DNA of 64,000 bases, taken from positions 1-64,000 of the forward strand of contig CALSSJ010000036.1 of the NCBI GenBank assembly GCA_943788985.1, written 5' to 3'. The position numbers and the translations under genes are program-made. Below are positions 10,912-21,365 of the stretch, piece by piece (position 1 is the stretch's first letter; the number at the start of each line of letters is the position of its first letter). The notes under the pieces were generated by a model. It was not told the origin of the DNA, did not search any database, and worked only from the letters and a program-made list of their open reading frames with translations. The stretch comes from an uncultured Lentisphaerales bacterium. GTDB taxonomy: Bacteria > Verrucomicrobiota > Lentisphaeria > JABSQK01 > UBA12247.

Positions 10912-13600
10912 TAGTCGGGCAGTTGGTACCGCACTACACCACCGTTGGCAAAGAAGACGCCAAGCTCGTGCCGGGAGATGGCCAGAACAGCCAGGGCGTT
11001 CTCCTGTGGCAAGGTGATGGAATACGCAGGCTTGGTCTGGCGACGATAGTAGATGTCGATGGTCTTCTGATTGGCAACCGCGTAGTGATACTCGCTGACC
11101 GCGCCGGCTAGGGCGACGCCTTCGTTCTCAAGCAGAACGACTGGGCTCTCGCCGGGGGCACGCAGCCGGATGACACTGAAGCCGCGGCGGCAGATCACCA
11201 GTACGACGTCGTTGTGGGTGCCTCTGCGGAGTTCGCGAATACTGCTGTTAACGGAGATGGAGTCGGTGCCGATTCCCGGCCGAAAGAGCACGAGCTTGCG
11301 GCCCACGCCGATAATGGCGCAGTCTTGGACAATAATGAATGGCTCGCCGTAGGCCGGCCGTGTGAGGGTGCTGGCACCGCCTATGGAGACGTCGAATACG
11401 CCCTTTAGCACGCGATCGTGATACTGGGCAATGGCATAGCCGAAGGGGGCCAGTGGTGAGGACCCACTGCAAGCCGTTGCGATCGTAGGCGATGCCAAGG
11501 ACATTCGCTGGCAGCCAGTCGGGCCCGACCACGACGGAGTCAGCCAGGCGGCTAGCCCCGTAGCCAAAGGCTTGGGTCTGGGTGGCGCAATCGGGAAAAT
11601 GCACCAGCGTGGGCATCTGGTTCTGCCCGTCGACAGCCACCAAAATGCGGGGAACGGTGAGAAAGCACCCGCTCGAAGTCGAGAATGTCTTCCTGCCCAT
11701 CCCAGCTGCAGCGGGCGATGACAGGCGCGCCTTGCGAGAAACCGGCGGCGACGAACCCGGTGGGAGCCACTTGCACGGCCATCCAGCGCGCCTCGATGCT
11801 CAAGTTGAAACTAGCCAGGGTCCGGACGGTCTCTTGGAGGGTGAACGTGCCGGCCACCTTGTCGCGCCAACGCTCAAAATGACGGGTGGCATCGCGCTGT
11901 AGGAGCGTATCTTCCGGAGCCAATTCCCGCAGGGTGCGTACGGCTAGACGCACGGTGGCAAGGTCGGAGCCACCGAGATAACGGCTAAGCAAGACCCTGG
12001 CCTGATCCGCGGCAAGCTCCCGCACCTCGCGGCCCGGGTAGCCCGATGCGATGTCCGCAAGCATTTGGGCGATGTCCGCATCTCGGAGATGTCCCGATGC
12101 CTCGAGGACGATATTCCCGACGATCTCAAAGGTCTGGGAATGACGGCCCAGCCGCCCCAACAAGGCGATGCGTTCGCGCAGTGCAGGAATCGCCTGGCGA
12201 GATTTGGGCCAGGCTGCGGCGAGGCACTCAAGGGCGGTCTCTTGGTCTTGCAGTTTGGTCTCGTAGAGGTGCGCGGCAGAGACGGTATTGCCCTGGCTCA
12301 GCTCCCTGGCGACAGCCTGCTCATAGGCGTTCGTGGCCTGTGCTTTCTGGCCCAGCTGTGCGTAAAGGTCACCAGCCTGCGCGTATTTCCCGTCGCTCTC
12401 ATAGATGGGGATTGCTTCGCTGAGGTAGCCGCCAGCCACGAGGCAGCGCGCGGCCTCAAACGGTCGCTCAAGGTGGTCCCGATAGAGAGAAGCGGCTTCG
12501 CGATACTGCTTGCCGGCCTCGAGGATAGACGCAGCCTGCGCGTAGTCATGGGCAAGCTCGGCGAGAATGTAGGCGGCGCGGCGCGTGCGCCCCATGCGGA
12601 TCTCGCGATTCGCCAGCTGACGATACAATTGCAGTAGCTGGTGCTGCAGATCTAGCGGGATGGTCCAGGCATCTCCGGCATCTCCGCCGCCAAGGCGGTC
12701 CAGGTCGAAATCTGGCTTTTGCTCGCTCAGATTGGCCTTGGGCTCTGAGGTGCCGCGCGAGGAACCGCCACTGAACGGGATCGCATACTTCAGGCCTTCA
12801 TCTGGGTCACACTCGAGCATTGACACGAGCCGCTCGATCTCGACGCGGCGACGCATCTGCATCTTCTCGCGCATGTGACTGAGCTTTCCGTGCATCCACT
12901 TTCCCACGCCTGAGGAAGATCCGCCCTGGCCCTCATCTGGGCGCCCGGCCCGGGTTTGCATGGCTTGCTCCATAGCGCCTAGGCCGCGCTCGGCGCGTTC
13001 GCGCACCATCTTGCCGAACTTGGACTCTGTCTTTTTTCCGGGCAGCGCCTCGGGCTTTTCATTGGCAATATTCTCAGAGAGCCACGTCATGGAATCGGCG
13101 ACCGCCTCGTTCGGGTCTGCTTGCACCGCCAACAGTGGGACCGACTCGCTTTCTGGGGCAACTGCGTGGAACCATTCGGTCTTAGGCTTGCAGGAAATAC
13201 TTACGAGGTCTTGCAGGCCGTGGATGTCATTGTGTTCGATCGGGATCAGCCCGATCGCTGGATGCCAGCAGGCTTTCGGATAGGGAATGAGGCCCGCGAG
13301 TTCGGTTTCTGTGACGGCTGGCAAGATCTCCCGATCGATCGGGAGAAAAAGCGGCCCCATGGTCCTGTAGGCAATAGCGCGAGGGGATGGTTTGGGCGAA
13401 AGCGGCTGGGCAGCGATCAGCAACGCCCATGGCGTACGGTCTCTTACGCTGCTAGGCAGGATGTACAGGGGCATGTCCATAGTCGTAGATGGCCATTCAA
13501 GTAGGATTTCCAGCCAACGCCGAGTCCCGCTAATCGGGAGCAACCAGGCCCCGACATCATGTGGCGTGTTCGCCGGCGTGAGTTCAAGTTGCGCTTTCAT
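10911..13600 (-). CDS. bpX3-like domain + TPR + beta-rich C-terminal protein of a MoxR-vWA-beta-propeller ternary system (frameshifted in 3' third)
   Basis: N-terminus GAWLL..WLE....LYILP.S...LFLPID....P......L......WHPAIGLI; LECDPDEGLKYAIP; RRAAYILAELAHDYAQAASILEAGKQYREAASLY TPR array. ORFs 11248-11700 and 10911-11567 continue it. Confidence 0.72.
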
Positions 13601-16272
13601 TCGCAGGCCGCCAATACGGAGCGAAGCATTGGTTCGAATTCAGCACAATCTTGTTCTTCTCCATGGGTCAGTTCCTTCAGACCAAACACGCGGTTGGCCG
13701 AGGTCCACGCAGCAAGCGGTCCATCTGTGAGGGTAATGCAGATTTCTTCAGAGGCTGAGTCGTTTGCACGGATGTGAAGCATGTTGAGCGAGTCAAGAAT
13801 GCAGGCTCCTCGCGGTAGTTCTGCCCGCCGCAGGGTGACGCCGAAACCGCGCGGCGAGGGGATGGCCATAAAGGTGGCGCGATTTACCACCAAGGGATCG
13901 CCGGGCAACAGACAGAGCACGCCATGGTCAAAGGTCAGGCCGAGCCAGCCTTGCTCTTCGTATTGAAGGAAGAGGTTTCCGGACTGGACCAGAGCGGCGG
14001 TGATCCCTCTGACTCCCGGACGAGTGGTCGCGGTAGCCGCGGTATTATGGCTCTCCAGCACAGCCTGCCATTCCTCGGTCTGGTCGGGGCGCAGCGTGAG
14101 CCTCTCTACGGAAGAGGACTGCAAGTCGTATTGCCAGAGCTGATTGGCGTTATCGCAGGCGATGACGAGATGCCCGTCTGGGGAGCTCTGCGCCCAGGTG
14201 ACAGGCTTCACGACCAGCATATTCGTCAGGATACTACGATCGATCGAGCGATCGATAATTTCTCCGTCGGTGCCAACGGACCATGGCCCAAGGTGCCCGA
14301 AGCGGTCAAACGGATGGACGATCTCCTGCGCGTCGCCCATGCGGTCGAACTGAATGCCATTGCTCCAACTGAACTGGTACCAGCCGTTGTCTTTCTTATC
14401 CGAGCTCTTGCAGAACCGGCCATCATGATGCCGGAGCTTATGCTCCCGGCAGTCCACAGTCTGCAGTATCTCACCGGTCGCCAGATCGACCGCGTGTACT
14501 TCGGGCAGAGACACGTAGAACACGATGCCGCCGTCGACATAGGCCGGCAGCCCACGGCTGACCTGCAGTTGCACGGGCGAAGAGACGACGCGCCCAATGA
14601 GATCGGCCTGCACGGCAATCCGTGCCCGCGATTCGCCCGCACGAGCCAGAAGGATGCATTCCCCTTCTTGGAAGAAGGCGGCAGACGGCGTGGCCTCGGG
14701 TAAGCGTACGGACAGCAGGCGCGGGCAGCGCTTGGGATCGTCGAAATACAGCAGCGTCCCATCCGGCTGTAAGGCGATGGCCTGGTCCGGCCCGTTCGCG
14801 CACACGTGGCGCACGTCGACATCCGCAGGGACGCGCAGCGGAAACTCATCCAAGTCATAGATTAGCGGTCGTTCACCAGTGCTGGTAGCCTTGGTCGGCG
14901 CGCAGGCGTCACGCAGAATGCTTCGTTCCATCTCGGCATGCCGCAGGCGCAAGTTTCCACTGGAGGTGACGGAATAGATACAGAATTCACCATGGCTGTT
15001 TACTGTGGCTGCGTAGAGGTGAGCAGAATTCACCAGCCGCAAGTGCCGCCGAAAGTCCGGGTCCTGCAACGCGCGTTCATGGGTGATGAAGATGACCTCA
15101 CGGTCCCGCGGCGGTAACAGTCGCAGCAATTGGACCAGAGCCAGTCCGGGATGAGCGGTGGTCTCAAGCACCTCCAGGTGATCGATGAGATCGGCCCGCG
15201 ACGAGAGACTGACGGCTTTTACCCGATCCTCATCACTGCGCCAGATCTGCACGGTGCCGTTCCCGGTGGTACTGGCGAAGGCAAGCGCAGCAGCGGTCGC
15301 CATAATGCGCGGCACGCCCCACATGCGGATTCCGCAATCCAACAGCAGAATGCGGTGACGATCCAGTGATTGCTGAGCTGGTTCGCGTCGCAGGTAGAGC
15401 GCTTCATTGTTCGCCAGCCGAGCTGCCATGGTTAATTCGTCGTATGCAAGCTCGGTAAGTAGCAGGCGATGGAGCTCTCCACGGTTCGAAATGTCCCCAT
15501 AGCCGTCGCCCGTCACATCCACCGGCGAATGACACAAGCGCGGCAGATGGCTGGCGGGCACCAGCCGGTTCGCAAGATTCACCAAGGCGCCCAGCTCATC
15601 GTCCTCACGCAGTTGCTGGAGCAGGTAGCTGAACTCACGCCCCACCTCGAGTTCTTCGGGGGTGCTGGGGATGTCATCCAGTCCAGTTGCGGCCCGAACC
15701 GCGACCACGTTGAAATCGAGCTTTCTCAGTCCTTCGTGCAGCAGCTTGATTTGTCGCAACGTGTCGGCGAGCGAGTCTTCTGGCGACTGCGGCGGACGCG
15801 GCGCGAGGGACGTAGATAGATCTCGGAGAGCGCCAACGACACCTGGCGCGTCCTCTGACGAGACTTCTCGGCGGGGCAATACGAGCTCGGCCACCGTCGC
15901 CTGCCCGGTAGGGGACTGGCTAAACGGCTGCTCATTAATCTTTTCGAGGACCTCCATGGTCTCGTGCACCAACTCCTTGGCGTCGTCCCATTCCTCAGGG
16001 TAGATCGTGCAGATGCCGTTTAGAAAGGGGCTGAAGATGCCATGGCGCACCTCATCGCGAGACCAGTCGTTGGAGAAACTGACCATGAGCATGACCAAGG
16101 CAGGAAACGGCGGAAGGCCATCGTGCTCGAGGCGTTCAAGGATTCCCACGACCTGCTGCCGAAACGCGACCAGCCGACCATTGGCCAAGGCTAGCTCCAC
16201 GCCGTCTTCCGACCATTGCCAGAAGCTCTGCTCGTGTGGCGCGAAATGGGCGCGTGCGATCGTTTCGCTCAT
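13597..16272 (-). CDS. bpX1/bpX0-like + vWA + beta-propeller protein of a MoxR-vWA-beta-propeller ternary system
   Basis: Probable start MSETIARAHF..SFWQWSEDG; GLPPFPALV; GYGDISNRGELHRLLLTELAYDELTMAARLANNEALYLRRE; RILLLDCGIRMWGVPR; beta-strand repeat C-terminus. ATGA overlap with the next gene. Confidence 0.75.
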   Translation of the reverse strand: MSETIARAHFAPHEQSFWQWSEDGVELALANGRLVAFRQQVVGILERLEHDGLPPFPALVMLMVSFSNDWSRDEVRHGIFSPFLNGICTIYPEEWDDAKELVHETMEVLEKINEQPFSQSPTGQATVAELVLPRREVSSEDAPGVVGALRDLSTSLAPRPPQSPEDSLADTLRQIKLLHEGLRKLDFNVVAVRAATGLDDIPSTPEELEVGREFSYLLQQLREDDELGALVNLANRLVPASHLPRLCHSPVDVTGDGYGDISNRGELHRLLLTELAYDELTMAARLANNEALYLRREPAQQSLDRHRILLLDCGIRMWGVPRIMATAAALAFASTTGNGTVQIWRSDEDRVKAVSLSSRADLIDHLEVLETTAHPGLALVQLLRLLPPRDREVIFITHERALQDPDFRRHLRLVNSAHLYAATVNSHGEFCIYSVTSSGNLRLRHAEMERSILRDACAPTKATSTGERPLIYDLDEFPLRVPADVDVRHVCANGPDQAIALQPDGTLLYFDDPKRCPRLLSVRLPEATPSAAFFQEGECILLARAGESRARIAVQADLIGRVVSSPVQLQVSRGLPAYVDGGIVFYVSLPEVHAVDLATGEILQTVDCREHKLRHHDGRFCKSSDKKDNGWYQFSWSNGIQFDRMGDAQEIVHPFDRFGHLGPWSVGTDGEIIDRSIDRSILTNMLVVKPVTWAQSSPDGHLVIACDNANQLWQYDLQSSSVERLTLRPDQTEEWQAVLESHNTAATATTRPGVRGITAALVQSGNLFLQYEEQGWLGLTFDHGVLCLLPGDPLVVNRATFMAIPSPRGFGVTLRRAELPRGACILDSLNMLHIRANDSASEEICITLTDGPLAAWTSANRVFGLKELTHGEEQDCAEFEPMLRSVLAACE

Positions 16273-16468
16273 AAATTTGTTCAGCGGAAATTCAATGGTT
16301 GCCTGACCGGCGCACAGTAGGGTGTTTTTGTGGCTCGACAAGTCACTGGTCCAATCTGCGATGGCTCGTATCGTTTGGCTTTCCGCGTCGGAACCATCGG
16401 CGCAAGGCGCTGTCACAAGCGCTCGCCTGCGCGCCTCGCGCATCCCGTTCAACTAATACGCACCGTGC

Positions 16469-17425
16469 ATGAATCGTAAACTACTTGTAATTATTTCGAT
16501 CGCCGCAGCCCTGCTTCTTGGGGGATTGGCTTGGTCGTATGTCGCAGGCGGGCCGCCCAAAGTCGTCTCCGTCTCGCTGAGCGAGGGACCGCATTTTTCT
16601 GGGAGCCTGATTCCATTGACTCTGGTTTTGGAGTCATCCGGCATCGGCACGCCGGATAAATACGTGGAGATGAAGCTGCCGAAAGGGCTCGAGGCACGAA
16701 AGCAGGAACTGACCGTGAAGGGGCGACCGCGGCTGGGCGGCTGGCGCTACGAGGTGCGAATTCCCCTGCAGGCGTTTGAGGTGACCACGTTTCCCGAGTC
16801 CCAGGCCAAGCTGGGCGTGGTCGCGGAAAGCGATACGAATGATGACACGCTCGCGTTCACCGTGCCGGAGATCGTGATTCAGCCGCGAGATCAGCCCGAG
16901 GCGACGAGCGCCGCTGCACTAGACAGCAGCGTACTTGGCGGACGCAGCGTCTGGTTTTACATCGGCTGTGCCCTGGCGCTGCTCGTGACAATCGCGGTGA
17001 TCCGCTACTTGCTGCGCCGCGGCAACGAAGCAGATGGTGCCGTGACGCGTAAGATCGAGCCCCCATGGACCCTGGCCGAGCGCGCCCTCGGCGGCTTGCG
17101 GTCTTCACTGCCGCTGCCAGCGAACGAAGTCTATGTCGAGCTCACCGACATCGTCCGCCGCTACATCGAAGCGCTTTATCAAGTCCCCGCGACCGAACGC
17201 ACCACCCCCGAATTTTTGAAAGAGATCAACCGTCCGAACAGCCAGCTCAGCACCGACCACCGCTTGCTACTCGCGGACTTTCTGAGCTCGGCCGACATGG
17301 TCAAGTTTGCCCGCATGGATGCGACCGTCCGCCAACTTGAGGAAAGCATCGACAAAGCCAAAGAATTCGTGGTCGAAACCAGCGAAGCTGTGCGTCAGGC
17401 GCAGAAAGCCGAGGAATCCGCGTGA
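16469..17425 (+). CDS. Bat-operon membrane protein (BatD-like Ig domain + TM + DUF4381-like helical tail)
   Basis: PPWTLAERALGGL...YVELTDIVRRYIE...ERTTPEFL...ADMVKFAR motif typical of the gene upstream of batA. Confidence 0.75.
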   Translation: MNRKLLVIISIAAALLLGGLAWSYVAGGPPKVVSVSLSEGPHFSGSLIPLTLVLESSGIGTPDKYVEMKLPKGLEARKQELTVKGRPRLGGWRYEVRIPLQAFEVTTFPESQAKLGVVAESDTNDDTLAFTVPEIVIQPRDQPEATSAAALDSSVLGGRSVWFYIGCALALLVTIAVIRYLLRRGNEADGAVTRKIEPPWTLAERALGGLRSSLPLPANEVYVELTDIVRRYIEALYQVPATERTTPEFLKEINRPNSQLSTDHRLLLADFLSSADMVKFARMDATVRQLEESIDKAKEFVVETSEAVRQAQKAEESA

Positions 17426-18462
17426 ACGGCGAGTTTCTACATTTCGCGTCCAAATGGATGGCCGTGCTGATCATTCCGCTGGCGGTGGCAGCTATCCGTG
17501 GCTGGCTGCTGAAGCGCCCATCGCTGCGAGTTTCTTCGCTCGAGCCAGCCCGGGCCGGTCGCTCGCCGGTCAGCATGCTTCTGCGCGTGCCGCTGCTGTG
17601 CGAGGTCATCGGGCTCGGCTTGTTGATCGTCGCACTTTGTCATCCGCAGGCAGGACGCAAAGAGACAATCACCCGCAAACAAGGCATTGACATCATGCTG
17701 GCGCTCGACATCTCCACCAGCATGGATATTTACGATGCCCCCGAGAATATTCGCACGGAGGCGGCGCTGGCAAACGGGATCCGCAATGCCAGCATTCCGC
17801 AGCGCATTGCTCTGGCTAAGCAGGAAGTGGCGCGTTTTATTGACCGGCGCCCGAACGACCGAATCGGGCTAGTTGCCTTTGCTGGCGTGACCTACACAGT
17901 CTGCCCACCGACGCTTGATCATGACTTCCTGAAGTCGCACCTCGCGCAGCTCAAGACCGGCATGATCGAAGATGGCACTGGCATCGCCGCACCGATCGCT
18001 GGCTGCGTCACCCGGCTGCGAGATTCCCCAGCCAAGAAGCGCGTCATGGTCCTGTTTACCGACGGCGCGGATAACCGGGCGATCAAGATCACACCGCTGC
18101 AGGCTGCAAAGATCGCAGCAGACTATGACATCACCATCCACACGGTGGGGCTGGGCGGAAACAGGGCATTTACAATCCGCAATTTCTTTGGCCGCTCGCG
18201 CATGCAGCAAGTGGATGCGAGCTATGACCGCGGCCTGCTCAAAGCAATCGCCGCCGAAACCGGTGGACGCTATTTCGCCGCCGAAAGCGACGAAGAGTTT
18301 CGCGAGGTGCTGGAGGAGATCGACCGGCTCGAAACCGTGGAACTGGAGTCGCCTGAGTTTGTCGACTACGAGGATCGCTTCTGGCCGTGGCTGATGGCCG
18401 GGGCGGCTCTTCTGCTGATCGGCTTTTGCCTAGAACATACGCTGTTGGTATCTGTCCCATGA
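17422..18462 (+). CDS. batA: BatA family vWA domain protein
   Basis: GIDIMLALDISTSM MIDAS motif; DRIGLVAFAG; PPTLDH; DGTGI; LFTDG; N- and C-terminal TM helices. Confidence 0.88.
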   Translation: MNGEFLHFASKWMAVLIIPLAVAAIRGWLLKRPSLRVSSLEPARAGRSPVSMLLRVPLLCEVIGLGLLIVALCHPQAGRKETITRKQGIDIMLALDISTSMDIYDAPENIRTEAALANGIRNASIPQRIALAKQEVARFIDRRPNDRIGLVAFAGVTYTVCPPTLDHDFLKSHLAQLKTGMIEDGTGIAAPIAGCVTRLRDSPAKKRVMVLFTDGADNRAIKITPLQAAKIAADYDITIHTVGLGGNRAFTIRNFFGRSRMQQVDASYDRGLLKAIAAETGGRYFAAESDEEFREVLEEIDRLETVELESPEFVDYEDRFWPWLMAGAALLLIGFCLEHTLLVSVP

Positions 18463-21365
18463 ATTTTGAAAACTCCACCATGCTCTGGCACGCGTTCTGG
18501 GTCGCACCGCTTCTGCTCGCTTTGGTCGCGCTGGCTGGCTGGTTGCGACGTCGCGCGCTGACGCGCTGGGTCAGCGGCGAAGCGCTCGCAGCCAGCCTCA
18601 GCCACTCCCTGTCCGTATCTTCCCGGCGCACCAGGCAAGTCCTGTTTGGCCTAGCCATGCTTTTGCTGGTGATCGCCCTGTCGGGACCAACCTGGGGCAA
18701 AAAGCTAGTGCAGCGTCCCATCCAATCCCGCGATGTCATGGTCGTTCTGGACACCTCCCGCAGCATGCTGGCGACGGACATTCGGCCGACCAGACTGGCC
18801 CACGCCCGCTGGCTGATCCGCGAGATCGTCCGGGGCTGTCCCGGTGACCGCTTTGGCCTGATTGCCTTTGCTGGCGATGTCTCGCTAGAATGCCCGCTAA
18901 CGCGTGATCGAAATGGCTTCCTGCTGCACCTGAACAATGTCGACACCAATACCGTCGGCGTGGGCGGCAGTGACTTGGAAGGCGCGCTGCGCTTCGCCGT
19001 GGACAGCTTCGAAGCGGCCGAAAGTCGCCACCAAGCCATTCTCCTTCTTACCGACGGCGACGAGCTCAGCGGCGCAGCCCAGGAGATGGCGAACAAACTC
19101 GCACAGCAGCAAATCCGCATCTTTGCGGTTGGCATCGGAAACCCGAACGGTGAGATTATCCAGCTTTCTGACGGCAGTTTTATCGAGCACAAAGGCGAGC
19201 GAGTGAAATCCAGGATGAACGCGGCCCCACTCCAAGAGCTGGCAAAGATGACCAAAGGCGTCTTTGTGCATTCCACATCTGCCCAGACAGGCCGCGACCT
19301 GCTGGTGCGGGAAGTGCTGGCGCTGGCGCCGCGTGGTGACCGCACCGGTACTGTCTCACGCCCGATCGCGCGCTTTCAGTTTCCACTGGCGGCCGCGGTG
19401 CTTTTGCTGCTCATCCGCATCTGCATCAGCGAGCGCCGCCGCACTGCCGTCGCACTCGCGGTCATGTTGGTTCTGGTTCCAGGTGCGATCGCCCAGCAAC
19501 CGGTGGATCCGGTGGACCCGCTTGATCCGCTGGACGTGGCAGCGCAGGAAACCGCCGGTTTCGTCGCGCGCACCGTGGAGACGATTCAGCAGCGTCGCCA
19601 AGATCCCATCTACCTCGGCCGTGGACGGGATGCAGACCTCGCAGAATCGGACACGCAGCGTAAACGAGAGAAGCTGGCCTTGGAGTTCTATAATGATGGC
19701 GTGAAAATGATGCAGCACGAGCCAGACGAGGCCGCGCGCTGCTTCGAGGACGCGATCAAACTTTGCGGGGAGGCCCGAGAAATCTGGGTGCGTTCGACCC
19801 AGAACCTGGCCTTTGTAAAGCTCCAAGAAGCATTGCGCAGGCCTGGCGCGCGTGACGCAGTCAAGAAGGGACAGCTGCTTACCTTTGACCAAGCTGAAGA
19901 AGACCGTGAGGACCGCCTGCGGAATGCACTTACGCTCGTGGATGAAGCCGAGCTTCTGTTCCGCAAGGCGCTCCGCGAAGCGCCGCAAGACGAAGCGCTG
20001 GCAGGCAGTCAGGAGCACGTGGTCAACACCCGCAAGGCAGTGGCCTTCCAACACCGCTACCTCCAGAGCCAAGCAGACTACGTAGAAGGATTATTGAAAT
20101 CGCACGGCTCGCAGAGTCAAGCAAACCAGGCAGAGCTCACCAAGAAGCAGCCGCCCCAGGAAAGCGCCGAGGTGGCATCCACCGCAGCGTTGGATGCGCT
20201 GAAAACAATGATCGCGATGGAAAAGCTAGTCAAGCAGACGGACACGCCAGAGCATAAAAAGCGAGTAGAAGATGCAAAGCGCCTGCAGGAAGTGCGCGAG
20301 ACCCAGCAAGCGGCGATCGCTCTGGCACCGCATGATGCCAAGCGCGGTCCGATGGAGGATCGTGCCCTAGCGGTCCTGACCGAGTTGCTAGGTGACCTGC
20401 TTGACGAGCAACAGCAACAAGAGCAGCAAGAAGAGCAACAGCAGCAAGAGGAACAGCAACAACAAGAAGAGCAGGAAAAGCAACAGATGTCACCGGGCGA
20501 GGCACTGGCCCGCGAAGCCCGCGCCAGACAGCAGCGCACCAACGTCCAGGAACCAGCTGCCAAGCAGCCCGTGCAACAACGCGCCATTGATAAAACCACC
20601 GAAGCGCGTGATCAGGCCGCCGAGTCCGGCCAGAGAGCCGCAGAGCAGTTTTTGGATCAAGCCTTAGAGCATCAGCAGGACGCACTCACCAGTGAGGGTG
20701 AGGAGCAACGCCAGCACGAGCAAGATGCCCTGCAGGCACTTCGTGACGCGATCGACGCCTTCCAGCAACAACAGCCGGAGCAAGAGCAGCAGGAGGGTGA
20801 ACAAGATGAAGGCGAGCAGGACGGCGAAGGCGAGCAGCAAGAAAATGCCGCCTCGGCGGTGAATGAAGCCCTGGCAGATCAGCAGGATGCGAACGAGGCT
20901 GAGGCTCAGGATAAGAACCAGGCCCAGCAAGAAGCGCAGCAGAGCGCTGCGGAAGCCGAGCAGCAGCTCCGTGACCTTGCCGAGGAGGCGAGGCAAAACG
21001 GCGACGAGGAATCTGCTAAGTCCGCAGAAGAGGCCGCGGACAAGATCCGCGAGGCGATGGAGCACCAGCAGAACGCATTGGCCAACCGCCCTGATTCGGA
21101 GACGCGCAAGAATGCGGAGCAGGACGCCACCGAAGCCTTGCAGGACGCACAGGAACTCGCCGGCGGCGAAGAAGGCGATGGCGAGATCCGGGATGGAAAG
21201 GAAGCCGAGAGCGCGGCCTACGATGACGCAGCCGAGCAGGATAAGCTGGATGACCTGGGTGTAAACGCGATTCTTGAAGAGCTGGCCGAGCAGGAGCAAA
21301 ACGTGAAGGAAGCGTTGCGCCAGGAACGACGCAAACAAGCAGTGAACGTACGGAGGGATTGGTAG
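18459..21365 (+). CDS. batB: BatB vWA domain fused to BatC-like TPR and long Gln/Glu-rich repeat region
   Basis: GPTWG, LDTSRSMLATDIRPTRL, DRFGLIAFAG, LLTDGDE. TPR (FYNDGV...FEDAI...NLAF), poly-Q/E linkers and BatC-type terminal VRRDW. Confidence 0.82.
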   Translation: MNFENSTMLWHAFWVAPLLLALVALAGWLRRRALTRWVSGEALAASLSHSLSVSSRRTRQVLFGLAMLLLVIALSGPTWGKKLVQRPIQSRDVMVVLDTSRSMLATDIRPTRLAHARWLIREIVRGCPGDRFGLIAFAGDVSLECPLTRDRNGFLLHLNNVDTNTVGVGGSDLEGALRFAVDSFEAAESRHQAILLLTDGDELSGAAQEMANKLAQQQIRIFAVGIGNPNGEIIQLSDGSFIEHKGERVKSRMNAAPLQELAKMTKGVFVHSTSAQTGRDLLVREVLALAPRGDRTGTVSRPIARFQFPLAAAVLLLLIRICISERRRTAVALAVMLVLVPGAIAQQPVDPVDPLDPLDVAAQETAGFVARTVETIQQRRQDPIYLGRGRDADLAESDTQRKREKLALEFYNDGVKMMQHEPDEAARCFEDAIKLCGEAREIWVRSTQNLAFVKLQEALRRPGARDAVKKGQLLTFDQAEEDREDRLRNALTLVDEAELLFRKALREAPQDEALAGSQEHVVNTRKAVAFQHRYLQSQADYVEGLLKSHGSQSQANQAELTKKQPPQESAEVASTAALDALKTMIAMEKLVKQTDTPEHKKRVEDAKRLQEVRETQQAAIALAPHDAKRGPMEDRALAVLTELLGDLLDEQQQQEQQEEQQQQEEQQQQEEQEKQQMSPGEALAREARARQQRTNVQEPAAKQPVQQRAIDKTTEARDQAAESGQRAAEQFLDQALEHQQDALTSEGEEQRQHEQDALQALRDAIDAFQQQQPEQEQQEGEQDEGEQDGEGEQQENAASAVNEALADQQDANEAEAQDKNQAQQEAQQSAAEAEQQLRDLAEEARQNGDEESAKSAEEAADKIREAMEHQQNALANRPDSETRKNAEQDATEALQDAQELAGGEEGDGEIRDGKEAESAAYDDAAEQDKLDDLGVNAILEELAEQEQNVKEALRQERRKQAVNVRRDW
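20405..20488 (+). repeat. Low-complexity CAR/GAR repeat encoding poly-Gln/Glu linker
   Basis: EQQQQEQQEEQQQQEEQQQQEEQEKQQ. Confidence 0.8.
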
